A stretch of DNA of 63,081 nucleotides, counting the filler, from Collodictyon triciliatum (lineage: Eukaryota), in the NCBI GenBank assembly GCA_043381765.1. It is 4 parts of 4 records of this genome, joined end to end, with 100 filler letters (N's around TTAATTAATTAA, not from the genome) between each part and the next. Parts side by side here need not be neighbours in the genome. Positions count along the whole stretch, not along the records: positions 17,304 to 43,244 come from JBHJMP010001029.1; 3 more parts are not named here. The stretch is one strand, 5' to 3'. The position numbers were made by a program, and so were the translations under genes. The stretch's first letter is position 1. Each line of letters starts with the position of its first letter. The notes beneath the pieces are model-generated. The model was given only the letters and a program-made list of their open reading frames with translations. It was not told the DNA's origin and made no database searches. Of this stretch, positions 23,701 to 37,264 are shown in pieces.

Positions 23701-26700
23701 TAAAAAATCAATTTTTCATACAGGAAAAAAATACCTGAAACAGGCTTGTGCTATTGAATTGATATGCATCGGGTGTTTCATCAACACTTTCGCCCAGAGG
23801 TAAGGCAATAAAGAGTTCAGCGATAAGCTCACTGCTAAGAGTGCCCTGAGTGTATTTATTGTATTTATCAATTGTGTGTTTGTATCTAGTTTTATTATTA
23901 CTATGTTATAAAATAGACAGAAATTTTTAAAGGAAAAAAAAACGATGTAAAATATCAATTGACTGAAAACGGCAAATAACGATGCAACATAACAAATACC
24001 CCTTCAAATATTTGCAGCGATATCTCCGGCCATTTTAGAACTTCCAATTCGAATGTTTCAAGATAAGTTACAAAGTGTCGCTGGTTCAGGTTTTTTGGCG
24101 TTGTCTTGGAAACAGATTTTCCGTTCACAAGTCTGGGATAGATTAACAAATTAAAATTAAAATTAAAATTAAAAAATAAGTACGCAATATAATACATGGT
24201 TACGCTTTTCTTTACTGGTTTACATATTTCAAAAAAAAAAAACGAAAGTTAAAATAATCTAAAAATCAAATATATGTGACAATCGAGGACAAACAATTTA
24301 ACAAATATAGTCTTTCGGCCGAGGGTTGTCAGTCTTTGCGATTCAAGCTATGATCAACTGTATTTTAGATGCAAATAGCCGCTGATACGTGTGCACATCA
24401 AATATATCATGTATGTTATTAATCTGGACTTGACACTTTGAGAAGAAGCATATAGATATGGGAAATAGAAGCATTTACTTTTGGAAGTTCCTCTGGCGGG
24501 GTCGTTGGAATAGAATTTGTCAATATAAGTTCCAAGATAGGGTCACCAGGCCTCCATTTTGTTTTTCGGTACCGCTATAAAGAGATAAAGACAAAATGCA
24601 TAGTAAATAGAGTTTCGCACGTTGCTTCGTTTGTAGTCTCTTCTTTTTTTTTTTTTTTTGAAAGAAAGTCATAGTGAGATACTATAGTCCTTAAAAAAAA
24701 TTTATTTGAAGGCTTATTTGATGAATTAATGAACCCTTATACATCATAAATTTCTGCTAGGGCCTTCTGTTCGTCAAATGGTACATAAACAGGCTCGGCT
24801 GGTTCGCGGAATTGATACAACTTGAGCTTTTCAATCTCTTTGATTTTGGCATCTATTTCGTCACTAAATGAACTCTGAAAGACAAAACGATAAATATTCA
24901 GGACTAGGTAATTGTAATTTTAGTGTATTTGAACCAAAAAAGAAAAAGAAAAAATAAAAGAAGGCGATAGGTCTGAATGCATTAAGTTTGTTCATTTGCC
25001 TATCGTTAAGTTTGTAGATTCATTTACGGTTTTAATGATTAAAAGCTTACAGAGTTTTCAAGTACATAAAAAAAGCATAAAAGGATTCGATAAGAGAGGA
25101 AACTCACCTTCTTCTCTGGAATACCACGCACATAGGACGGAACTTCGACAATCGGATTCTGATATGTAGGCTGTTCCTTCATAATGGGACCTTGTTCTTC
25201 ATCTGAATCCTCTGCCTGTGGCCTTTGCAACCTGCTCTGGGCGACGCCCATGGAGCTCATTTCCAGCATAGGTGGCTCCTCAAGTTCAGCATTGAACGTT
25301 GTTTTCTTTGGCGTTTTCCTTTTCCGCATGGGTTTCCTTTTGGCAGGAGTGTTGACGGAGGCACCATTTTCTGTTGGCAGAGATTCCTGTGCGAATGTGG
25401 GCTTTGTGTGTTGCGGCGTCTTTTTTTTTCGTGACTTTGGTGTTTTAACTGGTGTCGCTTCGGGGTTGTGTGCAAAAGCATTCCTCGTTTGGCTATTGTA
25501 TACACTGCGCGGAAGTTCAGTTTTTACAGGATTAACAGGAGAATCCATAGGACTAATGGCTCCGTCCCTGGTCGTCATAGAACTTTGTCTTCGAGGTGGG
25601 GTTGTCAGCGGGTTCTGCTCGAGACAGCAAGGAGAGAATCAGAATAGGAGAAAATATAAATGTATGCAATATGAAGAATAAGTATAGTGTGGAATCATTA
25701 TTAAAGAAAGGAAACGAGAGTGAATAGGTATTTATAATAGACAAACCTCATCAATAGTCCTAAGTGTTGTTTCAAATTAAAAAAATTGGACAAAAATAAT
25801 TTTATTAAAATATTGATTTTAAAGGGGGAAGATATTCCGACAGTTATGAGGTGGTATATTATGATAAACATGCAACTGCATTGGAAGCATAATAGGTATA
25901 CACTCTTTGTGGCGTCTTTCTTCTCTTGCTTCCTTTTGATTGAATAGCTTTTAGAGAATCAGCATCCGCCCCTCCACCTCGAAGTCGGGCTGGCTCGTCA
26001 TCTACGTGTTCGTAAAGAAATAAAATAAATTCTTTTTTGGCTATCCCCTTTTTTTAAAATTATCAGAGGCGTTCTCTCTGAATATATATATGAATCGTAA
26101 TCAATCGCTAGTACCCTCAGGTTGCTCAGTTGGCGGCTCGAGCTCTGGTTTTGATCTTGTGGTAGCAGATGCCGAGGCAGTCAGCGGCTTTCTAATGCTT
26201 TTGAGCGACTGCATAAAGCTAAAGTTCAGGCGACCTGTTTGGTTTTTAACAATTGACAAATTCAGTGCAAAAACGAAAAAGGCTTTTGCGTAAGACGACA
26301 GGTCATCGCCACATTGAACAGTTCTTTTCCACCAAAGTTATGATGAACATAATTCAGCCCTTGGAGACGAATGATACAAATATGTCATGGAAATTACTCA
26401 TGCTTCGTTCCCTCTGACGACTTTGTGTTACAGCCTCTTCTGCAGAGACAGGATGTGCATCGTTAGCTTCATCATCCTCTATTTGCTGTAACTCATCATC
26501 TTTTGGGGACGCTGCTTGAAGATCTGTGGTAGATTTTGTATCATGCTGCATGCATTAACTAGAACCTCAAAATATAACATAATAAGGTAATATTTTAATG
26601 TACGCATATGTTTTTTTTGAAATTGTTGTTTGTTTCTCATCTCACATGATTGTTTCAATCGTTCTCTCTCAAAGTTTTTGCGCAATTCTTCTCGCTCAAA

Positions 26701-29700
26701 CTCTCTCAGTTTGTTTAACCTTTCCTCAAGCTGCTTCAGCCGCTGGTTTAAAAGCCGTCTGTGAAATGAACGGTTAATCAGTACCTCGTTCATACATCAC
26801 ATTTCATGAAGTAATATCAATATTTGAAGAGAAACATACTGCCTTTCTACAACAGCTTCGAGGGCTTTTTGGTGTTGTGCCATTTTTTGGCGGTACTCCT
26901 CTTCGTGGTCTTCGATCATTTCCTGTAATTCATTTTCGATTTCTTTGGATTCGTTTGCTTCCATCTAATAAAACAAAACAAAAAAAGAGCATGAATTAAT
27001 TATTGGATGAATGATGAGAGTTTGGTCTCTTTGTATTCATGATGTGCGCTGCGCCAGATCTGTCATGGAAGAAACATAGCTGCTACATGAAATAAAGGGG
27101 AAATAGTCGATGAACACCTCTTGCATATTCGTAGGTATTTTTTTAATTGACAACTTAGTGTTAGTCGTGTTCCATCTGGTAATAAAGAGAAAAGTGTACA
27201 ATTAAAATTTTGAGATTTAATCGTTTTGAAGCACTAATGTATTCTAAATGAGAGAAATTAAGTTTAGCTATGAAGCACATAAAGGCGCAAAATAAAAAAA
27301 TCAGTTGCCTGTTTGTACATACTTTTGTGATACACGTATGTTTTTCAAGTCTTTCCAGACCATAATAATGTTTTTTATGAGAAGAATCTGAGCCAGCTCC
27401 TCAGCGTCCTAAAAGAATATGAAAACATAGAATAAGGTTCAAAAGTCCAACAAGAATTACTGACTGATTAATTTCATAATACAATGATATTTAATGTTGA
27501 CAAACGCGTTATATGTATGTATATATTGTAATTTTCACCCGTAATTGCCGAACTTGTCTTATTTGAGCACGAAGTGATTTTATTCTAAATGCAAAAATAT
27601 TTAGATGAAAAATAGTAAAATACAAAAATACAGCATAGTGGGTGAAACAAAACCTTTTCTGGTGTAACTGCTCATTATTTGTGTGTGCTGCTTGTTCCTT
27701 CTGATTAAGTATATGAAATAACTGAGTTTGCATGTTCAAAAATATTTTACTTCCAATAAGAATCGGTTGGTTAGAATCCATTAGTTCAAGAAAAATATCT
27801 GTAATTGGTTGATTATTGAAACCGGGGTCTGGGTGAGTGCTTTGAATGAGCCTGGAATATATTTTGCCGTAGGAGATGGCGGATGATTCAACGGATTTCC
27901 TTTCATGCTCTCGTAGTATCTTTGCAAAGCCTGGTTGTATCCCAGTAGAGTAGTTGGAAGATAATAAATTTAAAAGAAAATTGTTTTGGCGATGATACTC
28001 CAAGGTACATAAAGGTATGATAATATACAAAGACTTTGATTGCATCATAGGTATGTATGGAGTAGTTGAGGTATAGATTATTTACTCAGCTCAAAAAAAA
28101 ATAATCATGCAACGACAGTTGTCAAATTTTTTATAATAGATTTCTTATTTGCTTCTTTTCCTATTTTTATTTTCTCTCTTTTTTTTAAAAAATATATATA
28201 TTTTGCTTTACTTACACGCAATTTATTGGATAGAAACGAAACAGAGTCGATTTTTCTGCGACGCTCGTATTCCTTGTGCAAATTAACAAGCTTGGTCGAT
28301 ATGTATTCCTCTTCATTCATACCGACATATTCATGAAACTCAAGATCCTTGAGTTTCAAATGGACAAAGTTAGAAAAAAATAAAAGGCAGATTTTCAATG
28401 AGTCTTGGAATTATGTAAGATTTTTCAAAGAAAATCAAACCATGATATCTATTTGAAGGCGATAGTGTTTGTCCACTTTGTCTTTGATTATCGAGGGAGG
28501 CTCATGCTGGGAAACCACATAATATCAATTTCTTGAATAAGTAGTTATATTTTGTGCGAAAAAGCTCATCATTTTAAGGTAATCAAGCAGCATGGAGATA
28601 GAGTGGAATCGAGCGAATGTATAACCAAATCAGTCTACTTTGGAGACAAATGTTTGGAGATAATCTGCGTTCTCGTCAAAAAACTGGTTTGGTCTTGTAT
28701 GCAGTTGCTAAACACGCAAAAAGCAATTCAGGGCGCAGATTTCGAATTAGACAAGTACGTATAATAATGTATATTGGGTTGTTATGAAACACCTTATACC
28801 TTGAGTGGGTCTGTTTGAATGAATAAACGATGATCCGGAGTAAACCATCTCTGCAACCTGATGTTTTGAAAAACATCATGTTAATATTTTACTATTTTAA
28901 CTATTTGAAAATGGTAGAAGAGGGGCAGCCAAAGAGTGACAAGGTAAAATAGTTGACGTTTGTTTTTCAGTTACTCTGGATCTTCTCGTAGAAGTCTTTG
29001 ATGTAAACGGGATATGTTCCATGGGGCTTGTCCAAGCTCTCGACCGACATACAAACCTAATGATCGATTTCGTTAAACATGAGATAGTGGCCCATCGAAC
29101 CTCAGATACTGGATATCCCTTTAATGTTGGCACCTCAATCGAATAGTAAACTAGTTGGAAGAATGGACTCGACTTAATTTAAGAAAAGAAAAATAACTAG
29201 ATGCAGACCTTCTTCCTTCAAATCCCGAGGGGTGAAGAAAGGCTTTTCGATTTTAAAATGAAGCAGAAGAATTTTTCGTAGGAGGAAATCAGTATAAATA
29301 ATTTTTTCGAGTATTTAAGAAAATATTTCGGCGATAATCAAATATGTAATTACTAAGAAAAGAAACATCAACTGCCTACATTTTGACCTAGGAGAACGCG
29401 AATAAACATCTCAGGGTTATTTATAACAGAAGTATATACAGTCCGTTCCTATTATTCCAAAAGATAAATCAGAAAATTACTCTAGCTTATCATCAAGGTC
29501 ACCAAGTTAGCATGATAGAAAAGGTTGCTTTTTTTTTTATTAGAATATGGCAGTAAACTTCTCACTTTTTCTTCTCGGACAAATATAGGCTCATATTCAG
29601 CTTGTCCCGAGCTCAACAGGGGTTCCAGTTCTTTCTCCAAATGGCGGTATAGTTCTGAATCCACGTCATCAAGCGAAGGTTATTGTATGGAACAAAGACT

Positions 29701-31141
29701 TGGTTATATACTCGTTTGTTGAAAATAGATGTCTCTAGAATGCTTTTGTTCGCAAGAGTCTACGTAACCAGAAAGTTATGCGTCTTTTGGGTACATAATG
29801 CATATAACAATATCGAGAGATGATATGACACGAAATCTACCTTCATAGACGGGGTCATCGGTATCTTGAATCGTTTCCTCGGTGGTTGGATTTTCGGTGG
29901 CTGTGCCCTCCTCACGAATACTGGTGAAAATGAGAACGAGAGGATGCTTTATTGATCAACAAATGCCAAGGGAATTTTTCATCATGCAGTAGATTTTTGG
30001 GCGAAACGCAGATGGCATGAACAGTAAAATTTTGTTCTGATTTAACAATCGAGAGCATCAAGGAGACAAAAACAAAGGCATGGTGGTGATTATTCTGTGA
30101 TTGTGATATATATATACACGGCTGAGTTCTCCTTTCTTCTCTTCCGCTTCTCAATCCTCTTCCCAATATCTTCCTCAGACTATGTCGAAACATAATATAT
30201 ATATATTTCATCAGTCGGTGTTACGTTATTGCTTTTGTTGGCAAAGTGCAAATCACGATAATGGTCGGCAGGAATGAAATGTTTTTAATATTACATCGTT
30301 ATTTGACAAATGAATGAATAATTAAACAAACATAAAAAACTGGCACAAGATGGAATAAAATCGGTGAAATGTGATTTATTCTTTCTTTCATTCATATCGC
30401 CCAAATTAATTGGATGTATTTATAATAGAAGCTGCAGATAAACCGGCCAAACCTTCGTTGCACTGGGCATTTCATCCATGTCATTTTCAAGTGACTTCCC
30501 AGCGATAGGCTTCCTGCGGTGTCGGCGTGGCTTTGATGGCGTGTTTTGCTGAGAATCGGGGTCGGCCTGATCGTGTGTGTAATTGTTCGATGAATACGAT
30601 GACATAAAATGAATGATGTGTGAGTTTTTCTCAGATACTAAACCAATAAATATTACAGCCTCTATAGGGAGTGCGCCAGATAAATTCAATATGATTCATT
30701 TTATAAGGGTGGTGATTGTTTGATGATGAAAACTGCATGTCATAAACAACTTACTTGAGAAGGCCCTTCTAACTTTGGTGAGTCTGCCACAGGATAGTGT
30801 TTTACCTTGCATCGGAGCATGAATTAGAAAGTATACAGGAACATACAATTTTTGTTGCGACAAACAAAATATATATCTGATACAATATTATATTACAATA
30901 TAATATAAATAAATTCGGTGAGTGTTCCATGCAAGACATAAATGTTACTCCATCCTCAAAGACAGCTTTACTCGGAGTGGCTTCTACAGTGCCCTGTTCA
31001 TAAGTCGAATTAATCTTCGTTCTCTTTTACGTACTTCAGGAGCATTATCATAACTTTTGCTGTGATAGTGAATTGGTGGATTAGAAAGAAAAAGGAAAAT
31101 GGTCGGCAAACCACTGCCGTGCTTTGCTCGTCGCGGTCCAT
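17705..31141 (-). CDS. CC2D2A: CC2D2A/MKS6-like ciliary transition-zone protein (many exons; start at 31141, or 30605 if the upstream exons are UTR)
   Basis: N-terminal EEGLYVGR...RLHQRLL motif, coiled coils, and C2 segments (NGKSVSKTT...YLETFELEVLKWPEISLQIFE; WIGSLSIPFLTLY). CEP76-like C-terminus FVSLIPF...LWNTSE..GGDYEEHAILLCNY, GIPEGNTSYVMT, YGVPINM and AYDNDVFSVWVYFA, ending at TGA 17705-17707. Confidence 0.9.
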
Positions 31142-31235
31142 CAATGGAGTCGCACTCTGCAAAAAAAGGGGCTCGTTGAGAATGTGCGCTACGGAGACAC
31201 GTAAGGTTTTTAGGCGATAATGGCACCAATGCGAT

Positions 31236-31400
31236 GAAAAGAAATGAAAAGAAAAAGGAAAAGGAAAAAAGAAAAGAAAAAAAAGGAAAAATAAATGAAA
31301 TGAAAAAGAATGGAAAGAAATGGAAAGAAATGAAATGAAATGAAATGAAATGAAAAAGAAAATGAAAAGAAAAGAAAAGAAAATGAAAAGAAAAGAAAAA
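31236..31400. repeat. A-rich (GAAAA/GAAAT)n tract in the divergent CC2D2A/WDR44-like intergenic region
   Basis: Direct reading. Confidence 0.9.
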
Positions 31401-31689
31401 GGCTGCTGCAACGGCGATCTACAACGAAAACAAGCAACGCACGCGTAATTGTTGTTTATAAGTTTAAAATTGAAAAATTCGTGCAGCCCAGATTATATAT
31501 ACGCATAGTACAAATACATATGAATAATTACACCTAATCAAAGCTCATGTATGGTGTGTGGGCAAAATATTGTATTATTTACTTAACTTCCACGTTTGAT
31601 TATTTGATATCTATCCGCCGCAACGAAAAAAACAGGGAACGATCCGCGCCGAACACATCAGACCCGAACCGAGCCTTCAGAGAACCGCA

Positions 31690-34600
31690 ATGACGAGCGA
31701 CGGGCTTGTGAGACGCGACCAGACGTGGACAGCCACACTCTACACAGAGCCTGTTGAATACCGCGGCTCGCTTTACTACACCGCTGCGGACTTTGACGTC
31801 TGCGACCTGCCCTTCGCGCTTGTCCCGGACGCCGATCCGCGCGTGACAACAGAGTTTTACCGCCTCCTGAGCAGAGCTTTCTGCAGCGAAGAGAAACCTC
31901 TCCAAAACTCCGCGGTTCCTGTCATAAAAGTCGATGAAGCTGAAGGTACTCTGGCCGATAAGATCGAAACATAATAATTATTTTTTCAAGAGACAATACA
32001 ATACAATACAATACAATACAATACAATACAATACAATACAATACAATACAATACAATACAATACAATACAATACAATACAATACAATACAATACAAAAGA
32101 TAAAATAAAATAACTGAATCGAATAAAGGAAAAGATAACACAATACAATAAAAATCATGAATAACAAATTGTAAACAAAAAAAAAAAGAAATGAAAGGAA
32201 GCAATCACTCCTTTGTTTCATGTCACTCATCAATGCGCACGTCCAAAAGTCAGTAAACAAGATTCAGATCCAGAGTCTGACTACGAAGACCTTCCCGAGC
32301 CCAAGAGTGAAAGCACACCACAAATCACGCCGACAACCGCACCCGAAAGCGAGTGTATCGAAACTGTTTCAACCTTACCAAAGCCGGCCTCTGAATCACC
32401 AAAGCCACGAAAGTCGCCAACACTATCCAAGATTCCACCGCTGCAAATCCAACCTTCTCAGACCGAATCACCACCACGAAGCGATCGATTATCCTTTCTG
32501 CAAATCCCGACTTTGTCCAAACTTCATTCACCTTCTTCAAATACACTAACGCGGCGCCGCTCACACGCTCCGATTCTTGTTTCATCGCCCAACGAATATC
32601 CGAAGCAGACGCCGTCACCCACAAATCGCCTGTCATCACAGATTGCCGAAAGCATAGAAACGGAGGCGCCTTCTGCGGCACCAGCTCGACGAAGTCGTGC
32701 GATTTCTCAGAACTATGCAAGCTCCTCGAATACATCCGATTTGTTGCAAAACAAGTCTGAGCTGCTGAATCTTTTGCAGCAGCATCAGCACCAGCCATTA
32801 TCGATTCTTCTAGGGGCATTCAAAACAGATGCGCCTTCCGAAAACGAGACCAGTCCCACTGTGATTCGTAGAGTCCCATCAAAAGCTGAGTCGAGCGCAA
32901 AGTCGGATGAAAATGAGCCGCAGGTCTCAAATGTTCGCCGCAAATCTCTGTGGGGCGATTTTTCACAAGCAAAGCATAGTACTCCACGCTTCGTTCGACA
33001 CGCAGGTTACCGCCTTATTATCACATCTCCCATATTTTCTTTTATTCACAAGGCTTCTCTCACTTTCAAGTAATGGTTTTTACTGTGTTTGTAAATACAA
33101 TTGTACTTGATTCCGATATTCTTTCTCTTATAAACCCTGGCATTACCCCGAGGAAGATTTGAAAACATTTATTCTAATTGAGTCACATTTATTCATTCTA
33201 GATAAATTGGGTGGAATATCCGATAATGTATCTGAAAGCGGAACGTCACGATTAAGTGAATCCACCTCTGGTCAACTCGGCGATGACCACTCCGTACACA
33301 CCATTGAAGATGTAATTCTTTTGCTTGTGGGATGTTTATGAGACCATTACATATGACTTCAAGATATTTGTCCACAAATGCTTTTGTTCTATTTTTGAAG
33401 CCATAATCATTGTTTTACACCTTGTAATTGTGACAGAGACGACGAAGCGAGTACTATCACGAAGACCTGGAGAAGGTTCCAAGGAAAGAAGAAAATGAGT
33501 TTGTTTGCTTTTTTTTAGTGCTTTTGATTGCACTCTTGTCGTTCTTTACTGTGACAGCCTTTCAATTTTTCCTTATCTTACTTGGTCACATAATGCAAAG
33601 AGGTATTTCATGTGATTAAAGTGGCATCAAATAAAATTGCTATTCTGTTTATTTTTCTTTGAAAATCATATAGGAAAAAAACATTTCGTTTTTTGCATGG
33701 ATTCAGACAGAAACAGCAGATTCCCACCCCAACAACTGCACAGGCACCACCCATCGACAAATATAAAATTGTAACAATGCAGCTCAGCGAAATCGCTCAC
33801 ATTCCTAATCTTGGCTTTATGATTAGAAATTGCCCCTTTGTTTTTGGGCTTTCCTTTCAGTAACTTGGTGTCTTTTATTTTATTTTAAAATTTATGGCCC
33901 TTTTAAATAAAACCCATAATAATGAATATCTAAGGTTTACGGGGATGAAAAGGCTGGCAATATTAAAAATGAGAATGTGTCCCACGTACAGGTATTCGTT
34001 CTAATCTAAGCACCCATCTCTTTCCATTTTTTTTCGATTTTCACATGTGCTCTTGTATGCAGTAATATCTCGATACTTTTCTTATTTTTTAAATTGTAAA
34101 TACAAACCGAATGCAACGGAATTCAGAGCATCTCAGGAAATGAAAATGCACTCCTTGTGATGAGCTTCAACACCAATGGGACTTTCCTGGCAGCTGGTGA
34201 TGATAAAGGATACTTGCTCATATGGAAAGTCTTTGTATGCGTTTTTTATCTTTCGGAATTTTCTTCACATACTCGAATAGACAAAAAAAAAATTGCTTGG
34301 TATTTCATTATTCCGCAATGGATATTTTCACACTTTAACTTCGCCTATGGTTTTTTTTTCTATTCGCACTAAAGGAAGAGTCACTGCAATCAAATGTAAT
34401 TTTTCTGATATTTTTCTCCTTTCGCTGTTATATTGAACTCATTTGCTGAGCCACCGCCCTTGCTCAACCATTTATTGGAGAATGCTCATATATTTGAAAT
34501 AAAAATGTAGCAAGATGAGGAGGACATCGTATCTCGAGTGCCAACACATACCTTTAAAGCACATGCTGATTGCATCACAGATATCTGTTGGTGTGAGGTG

Positions 34601-36692
34601 TATTTGTATTTGTATTTGTATTTCCTGATGTATGTGAACCAATATCTCTTGTATCTAAATTCCCCATCATTAAAGTTTCCTTTATTCTTATTGATGATAA
34701 AATTATCTGTGCTATGGAACAGAATGAGGACATATTATTGACTGCAAGTGGCGACCAAACAGTAAAGCTCTGGTTGTTGGCTGAGGCTCGATTGCTGAAG
34801 ACTTTTGAACACACAGACCCCGTTACTTGCATCTCTTTCCATCCCTTGGTAGTAAACGTTCTTTTTTTTAGACAAATCCTTTATCTTTTTCCATCACTCA
34901 TTGGTAATTTATTCAGTGAAACAAATGAGCATCCCAATTTCTTTCTTATTAATTGTTGTTTGCGTAGAATCGCCGGTTTTTCATTTCAGGATGCATGAAC
35001 GGCCGCCTTTCCATGTGGGACATTCTGAGTGAAAAAGTGTGATTTATTTTAGGCCAACAAGAGATGAAAATAATCAAAAAGGTTATTTAATGTTTTTATG
35101 GTGCTTTCTGTCTATTTTTTCTGCAGGTAATTCAGGAGGTTTTCACAGGTGGCACTATTTCAGCCACGATAATCACCAACGACGGTCAAACGACCATTGT
35201 TGGGTTTGAAAACGGGATATTTAAGATGTATGAAACCGAGGTGAGTTTATCCAGAGCATACATATACGATTACTGATTGGCAAGCCATATATCCTTTTGG
35301 TTTTACTTTCAGTAGATTGCAATTTTGGATGATATTTCAATATTGCTTCCTTTGTAGAAATTCGAATATCTCAAGTCTCACGAAGTGGCGTACAAACGAG
35401 GGTTGAAGACGAAAGCCAAAAAGATTGCTGGATTCGCCTTGACAAAGAGTGGTGACAAGGTAGTCATTTTCTATTTTTACAACTCTGACACACTCTTATA
35501 TATTCCTTACTGAAAAAGTCACCAGCTTTAATAAAAAAAAAACATTGGTCATTTATTTTTATGAATATTATAGAGTTGTCAAAAAATTATTTTCTTTATT
35601 CTTATGACTAAAATGAAACACTATGGACACTACATACTTTGCATTTCCACAAATGCTTCCTGTTTACTCACATTGTTCGATAATTTTTTTTTAAAAAAAA
35701 AATAATACTAATAATACTAATAATCAGTTGCTGGTATCATCGTGTGACAGTCGTGTCAGGTTGTATTATGTGAGTAACCTCAGCCTTTTCTGCAAATACA
35801 AAGGACACCAAGCCAGCAATTGTCCAATTCGTGCATCGTTTGGGTAAAAATAAAACAATCTACCCCGCGCTTCTATATTTGACAATTTGTATAAAATAAA
35901 AGGGTATTTCAGTTCTTATTATGGAGAGTCTAAAACGAATAATATATAAAAACATAAAAGTCCGAATGATGAAAACATTATCACGGGGTCCGAAAACTTT
36001 GGCATTTATTCATGGGGCACGAAGCATACATACCAGAAGCGCACTCTCAAGTACAACGAGCGCAGAGACCAGAATAAAAGCTTTGAAAAAATCGAAGGTT
36101 TGCTGAATTTTCATTCTGCATTAATCAAAGGAAAATAACTGCTTACAAGTGTGATTACAATCAGCATGCATGTACAAGCTAAAGTAAAAACACTCAATTT
36201 TCTTTTATCTTTTTTTTTTTTTTTTTGCGACAGAGAAAGAAATGAAATCCTAATTTTTACATTCGCCTTTAAATACGCCTTTCTCTTGAATAAATACAGG
36301 GCCAAACCAAATCATCACTTGTGCGTGCTACCATCCTATACAAGGGTATTTCGGAACTCTAGCATTTTCTGATTCTGTTTAACATTAGAATATAAAAGAG
36401 AGAGACTTGTTCACTTGGCCATAAAATAGTTTTCTCTTTCCCCTTTGTTTGTTCTGATTTTCGTGCGATTCGCCTTCATATAAATTCGCTGCATCTTTTT
36501 GTGTTTTATGATTTAACTCTAATTACCGTTTCGTCCAGGCGGCTGATTTTTAGTGCAGACATCAGCGGAAGCATCCATGTCTTCAGACGCAATCCGTCAT
36601 CGCATACCGCAGAGGAGCCACAGAGTTTTATTCTATCTGACCCACCCAAGAAGACAATCGGGCTGCCACCATCCAGTGATGCGTTTGCATAG
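31690..36692 (+). CDS. WDR44 (Rab11BP)-like WD40 protein with Ser/Pro-rich disordered N-terminus
   Basis: Exon translations include MSFNTNGTFLAAGDDKGYLLIWK, HADCITDICWCE, LLTASGDQTVKLW, FEHTDPVTCISFHPL-NRRFFISGCMNGRLSMWDI, KIAGF, LLVSSCDSRVRLY, CKYKGH..CPIRASF, IITGSE and IFSADISGSIHVF. The order matches the WDR44 family. TAG at 36690-36692. Confidence 0.75.
31994..32095. repeat. Intronic (CAATA)n microsatellite
   Basis: Direct reading. Confidence 0.95.
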
Positions 36693-37264
36693 TCGATAAT
36701 GCAAAGGGCATCTGGAAGGATGGAGATAAATAAAGCCTTTGTGATTTTTTTTCAAACTTCAATATCCACAACCAATCGTCTGGGCTGTGCGGTATGAAAG
36801 AGTCGTTGAAAATGAAAATGACTTGGTTATCTCCTACTGAATCAATCAATCCATTTATTGTGTTCCTTTTTTTTTCTATTTTTTTTTGGAGGCACACAAA
36901 TAAAAATAGTTGTGAGCTCAAGTTCAAGTCTTCTCTTTTAGTTTGGAGATGGAATTTAATTGCGTGGTGACTATCCTTCTGTGAGTGGATGTTCGTTTTG
37001 GTGATATTAAAGTGCTTCATGGCGTGCTCTAATTGTTTTTTGTTTTTTTTTTTTTTTGGGATTATAAAAAGAATGATTCCTGAGTCAAAGTCGTGACAAA
37101 GTTAATTCAGCGCGTAAATTGGCGAAGGATGACCTATTTTGTTGGTATCAGAACCAAAAAAAAAAAAATTAGATAAAGTTGTGGAATTAATCGCATTACT
37201 AGTGAACGAGATGAATGATTCACAAATGAAATGGCTTGGATGTTTTGGATATGAAGCCACCTCC

